From positions 1,178,001-1,242,000 of the forward strand of contig OZ218958.1 in NCBI GenBank assembly GCA_965112735.1: 64,000 bases of DNA, read 5' to 3'. This document shows positions 61,908 through 64,000 of this stretch, one piece after another (the stretch's first letter is position 1; each line of letters opens with the position of its first letter). The translations under genes were made by a program, and so were the position numbers. The notes under the pieces were generated by a model. That model did not search any database, was not told the DNA's origin, and saw nothing but the letters and a program-made list of their open reading frames with translations. This stretch comes from Phaeosaccion multiseriatum. Taxonomy: Eukaryota > Protista > Ochrophyta, other classes.

Positions 61908-63089
61908 TATCAAAACGCAAGCCGGGCGACACTTGCATTTACCACAACAGGGGCGCTCTCTCTTCGTCGTGGCATGGCCGGTGTTTTGATTAAAATTAAT
62001 TTCATGACTCAGATGAGCTCAGCACAGCCATTTGCGTAGATGTCAAGCACAGATGTCTAGCACAGCTGTCTAGCACAGTGACAAGAAGTGACACACCAGT
62101 AACACACCAGTGACACGGCAGTGCCTCAGGTCCATAGAGCACATGAGATACAATACAAGATCAGGGCCGTGTACGCATTCCTATCCGTGTACATATATAT
62201 ATATACATATACAAACATGTTTGTATGTCCCCAACAATACAAGCGGGACCGAGCGACGAAACAAAGGGTCCCGTTCGGCTTCTATAGTAAATCGTACCGT
62301 AACAGGGACCCAAACAGAGACGGAGTCATCCTACGTCATCCTACGTCATCATGTGTCATCATGTGTCCCCTCCAACCCCCCACCCCAAAACGAGGGCCAT
62401 GAGCGACATCAGCAGCCTGCCTGTACATGCGTACAGTGCTTCCGTGCTCTCTCACTCTCTCACTCTCTCACTCCCCTGGGTATGGCTTGCATCACCTGTC
62501 CCTCCCTGCTCTTCGAAACGAAGAGAGCGCGTCTCGAGAATATTCGAACATGTGTGCATGAGCTTTTGCTGCCTTCCTTTCCTTCCTCCCCCCCCCCCCT
62601 TGCCCTGCTCTGCTGGCCCGTGCTAGTCCCTTCACAGGGCACCTCCACCTCCACACCTCCTCGAAAAACACCACCACCACCAACAGCACCACTACTACCA
62701 TCAACACCAGCACCAGCACCAGCAGTAGCAGCAGCAGCAGTAGCAGCAGCAGCGAGAGAGCAGCAGCAGTAGCAGCAGTAGCAGCAGCAGTAGCAGCAGC
62801 AGAGGGAGGAGGAGGACAGTAAACCCGCCGCCGGCCACGTGGGGAGTATCACAGCACAACACAACACAGCGCAGCAGGCAGTCCAGCATCGGAACCACCT
62901 GATGTGGACTCTCTCTCTCTCGCACTCATCACCTCACATGGCTTCTCTCTCTCTCCACTCTCTCTATATGTCTCTCTCTCTTCTCTCTCTCTCTCTCCAT
63001 CTCTCATTCTCTCCCTCTCCCTCTCTCTCCCTCTCCCTCGTCTCTCTTTTGTCTCAGTCTCTTTCTGTCCCTTTCTATCTCGGCGCTCC

Positions 63090-63969
63090 TCACGTGTGCT
63101 CGTAGAAGCCTCCCTTGCCAAGCTGCGGAAGGATGCGTCACACACGAGAGGGAGAGGGCAGAGGAGGACAGGGGAGGGTAGGGGATGGCAGTGGATGGCA
63201 GAGGATGGCAGGGGATGGCAGGGGAGGGCAGGGGAGGGCAGGGGATGGCAGGGGATGGCAGGTGGAGGGCAGGGGATGGCAGGGGATGGCAGGGGGATGG
63301 CAGGGGATGGCAGGGGATGGCAGGGGGATGGGAGGGGAGGGCAGGGGGAGGGCAGGGGAAGGGCAGGGGAAGGGCAGGGGGTGGACTGTCAAGGTACACT
63401 TTCTACACACATACACATACACATACACGAACACATCGATCCATTGACATACTACACACACCCATTGACAAAGTCGTACTGCACACACTCGTTCACATGA
63501 CGCACCTTGAAGTCCTGGAGCTTCTTCATCATCTCGTCCTTCTCCCTCAGCACCTCCTTTGTCAGATCCTATTGCCAGGCGAGTAGCACACGGGGGGGGG
63601 GGGGGGGGGGTTGAGTTTCAGCTTCCGTTTGTTAGAGGGATAGATATTTGGTTAAGGTCTCATGGAGTGAGCTGAATGGAACTGTTAGACCCTACCTACA
63701 TACCACAATGCCAAGGATTTAGTCATGGACGCTCCGCTCATCCTTTCCTCTCTCCCCTCTCTCCTCCTCCCTCTCCCTCGCCCTCTCCCTCTCTAATCCT
63801 CCCTGCCTCCCTCTACCCTTCTCTCTCTCTTCCTTCTCCTTCTCCCTTCCGTTTCGCCCCTTCTGTTCCTCCTTCCCTCCCTCCCTCCCTCCTGTCCTGT
63901 CCTTCTCCTCTCTCACTTTGATGGACATCATTCCGACAACGTCACCGGACTCGTCATCCACCACTGGCA
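63090..63969 (-). CDS. 3' part of a CBS-domain protein (5' end outside window). Exons 63969-63917, 63568-63506, 63122-63090
   Basis: Spliced peptide (x)PVVDDESGDVVGMMSIK | DLTKEVLREKDEMMKKLQDFK | LGKGGFYEHT* matches the CBS motif xPVVD...G-x-xS-x-xD. GT-AG junctions are in phase. Confidence 0.78.
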
Positions 63970-64000
63970 CTGCAGCGCGACGGGGGGGGAGGGGCACACG

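Overview
A gene-dense, GC-rich eukaryotic window from a flagellated protist. A stramenopile is most plausible, but that is inference from gene content and style. Spliced by hand, it contains: (1) a secreted Cys-repeat/acidic coiled-coil protein (526-4424 +); (2) an ankyrin-repeat protein (7321-5501 -); (3) a ~56-exon, ~4,200-aa axonemal outer-arm dynein heavy chain of the alpha type, kelch-IPT/TIG-filamin-motor (39440-7837 -); (4) SPEF2/CPC1, head-to-head with the dynein (39919-49599 +); (5) CDT2/DTL WD40 with a C-terminal PIP-like box and one apparent homopolymer frameshift (50470-53740 +); (6) a hypothetical coiled-coil protein (54103-56094 +); (7) an initiator-type tRNA-Met with an atypical C1:A72 acceptor end; (8) a 10-exon unrecognised membrane-type protein (56937-61449 +); (9) the 3' end of a CBS-domain protein gene (- strand, right edge). 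The most striking unexplained structure is in the introns. They are built largely from micro- and minisatellites with a transcript-oriented polarity: G-rich forms near the 5' splice site and the complementary C-rich forms near the 3' splice site. Many repeats start at the donor site itself, several introns carry decayed copies of their own donor region, and a non-SSR 12-13-mer (TGTATCACCAAC) plus a 10-mer (GGATGGCAGT) recur far above chance and mostly follow the same polarity. No CRISPR array, rRNA or autonomous transposon was seen. Exon coordinates were read by eye and may be off by a few bases.
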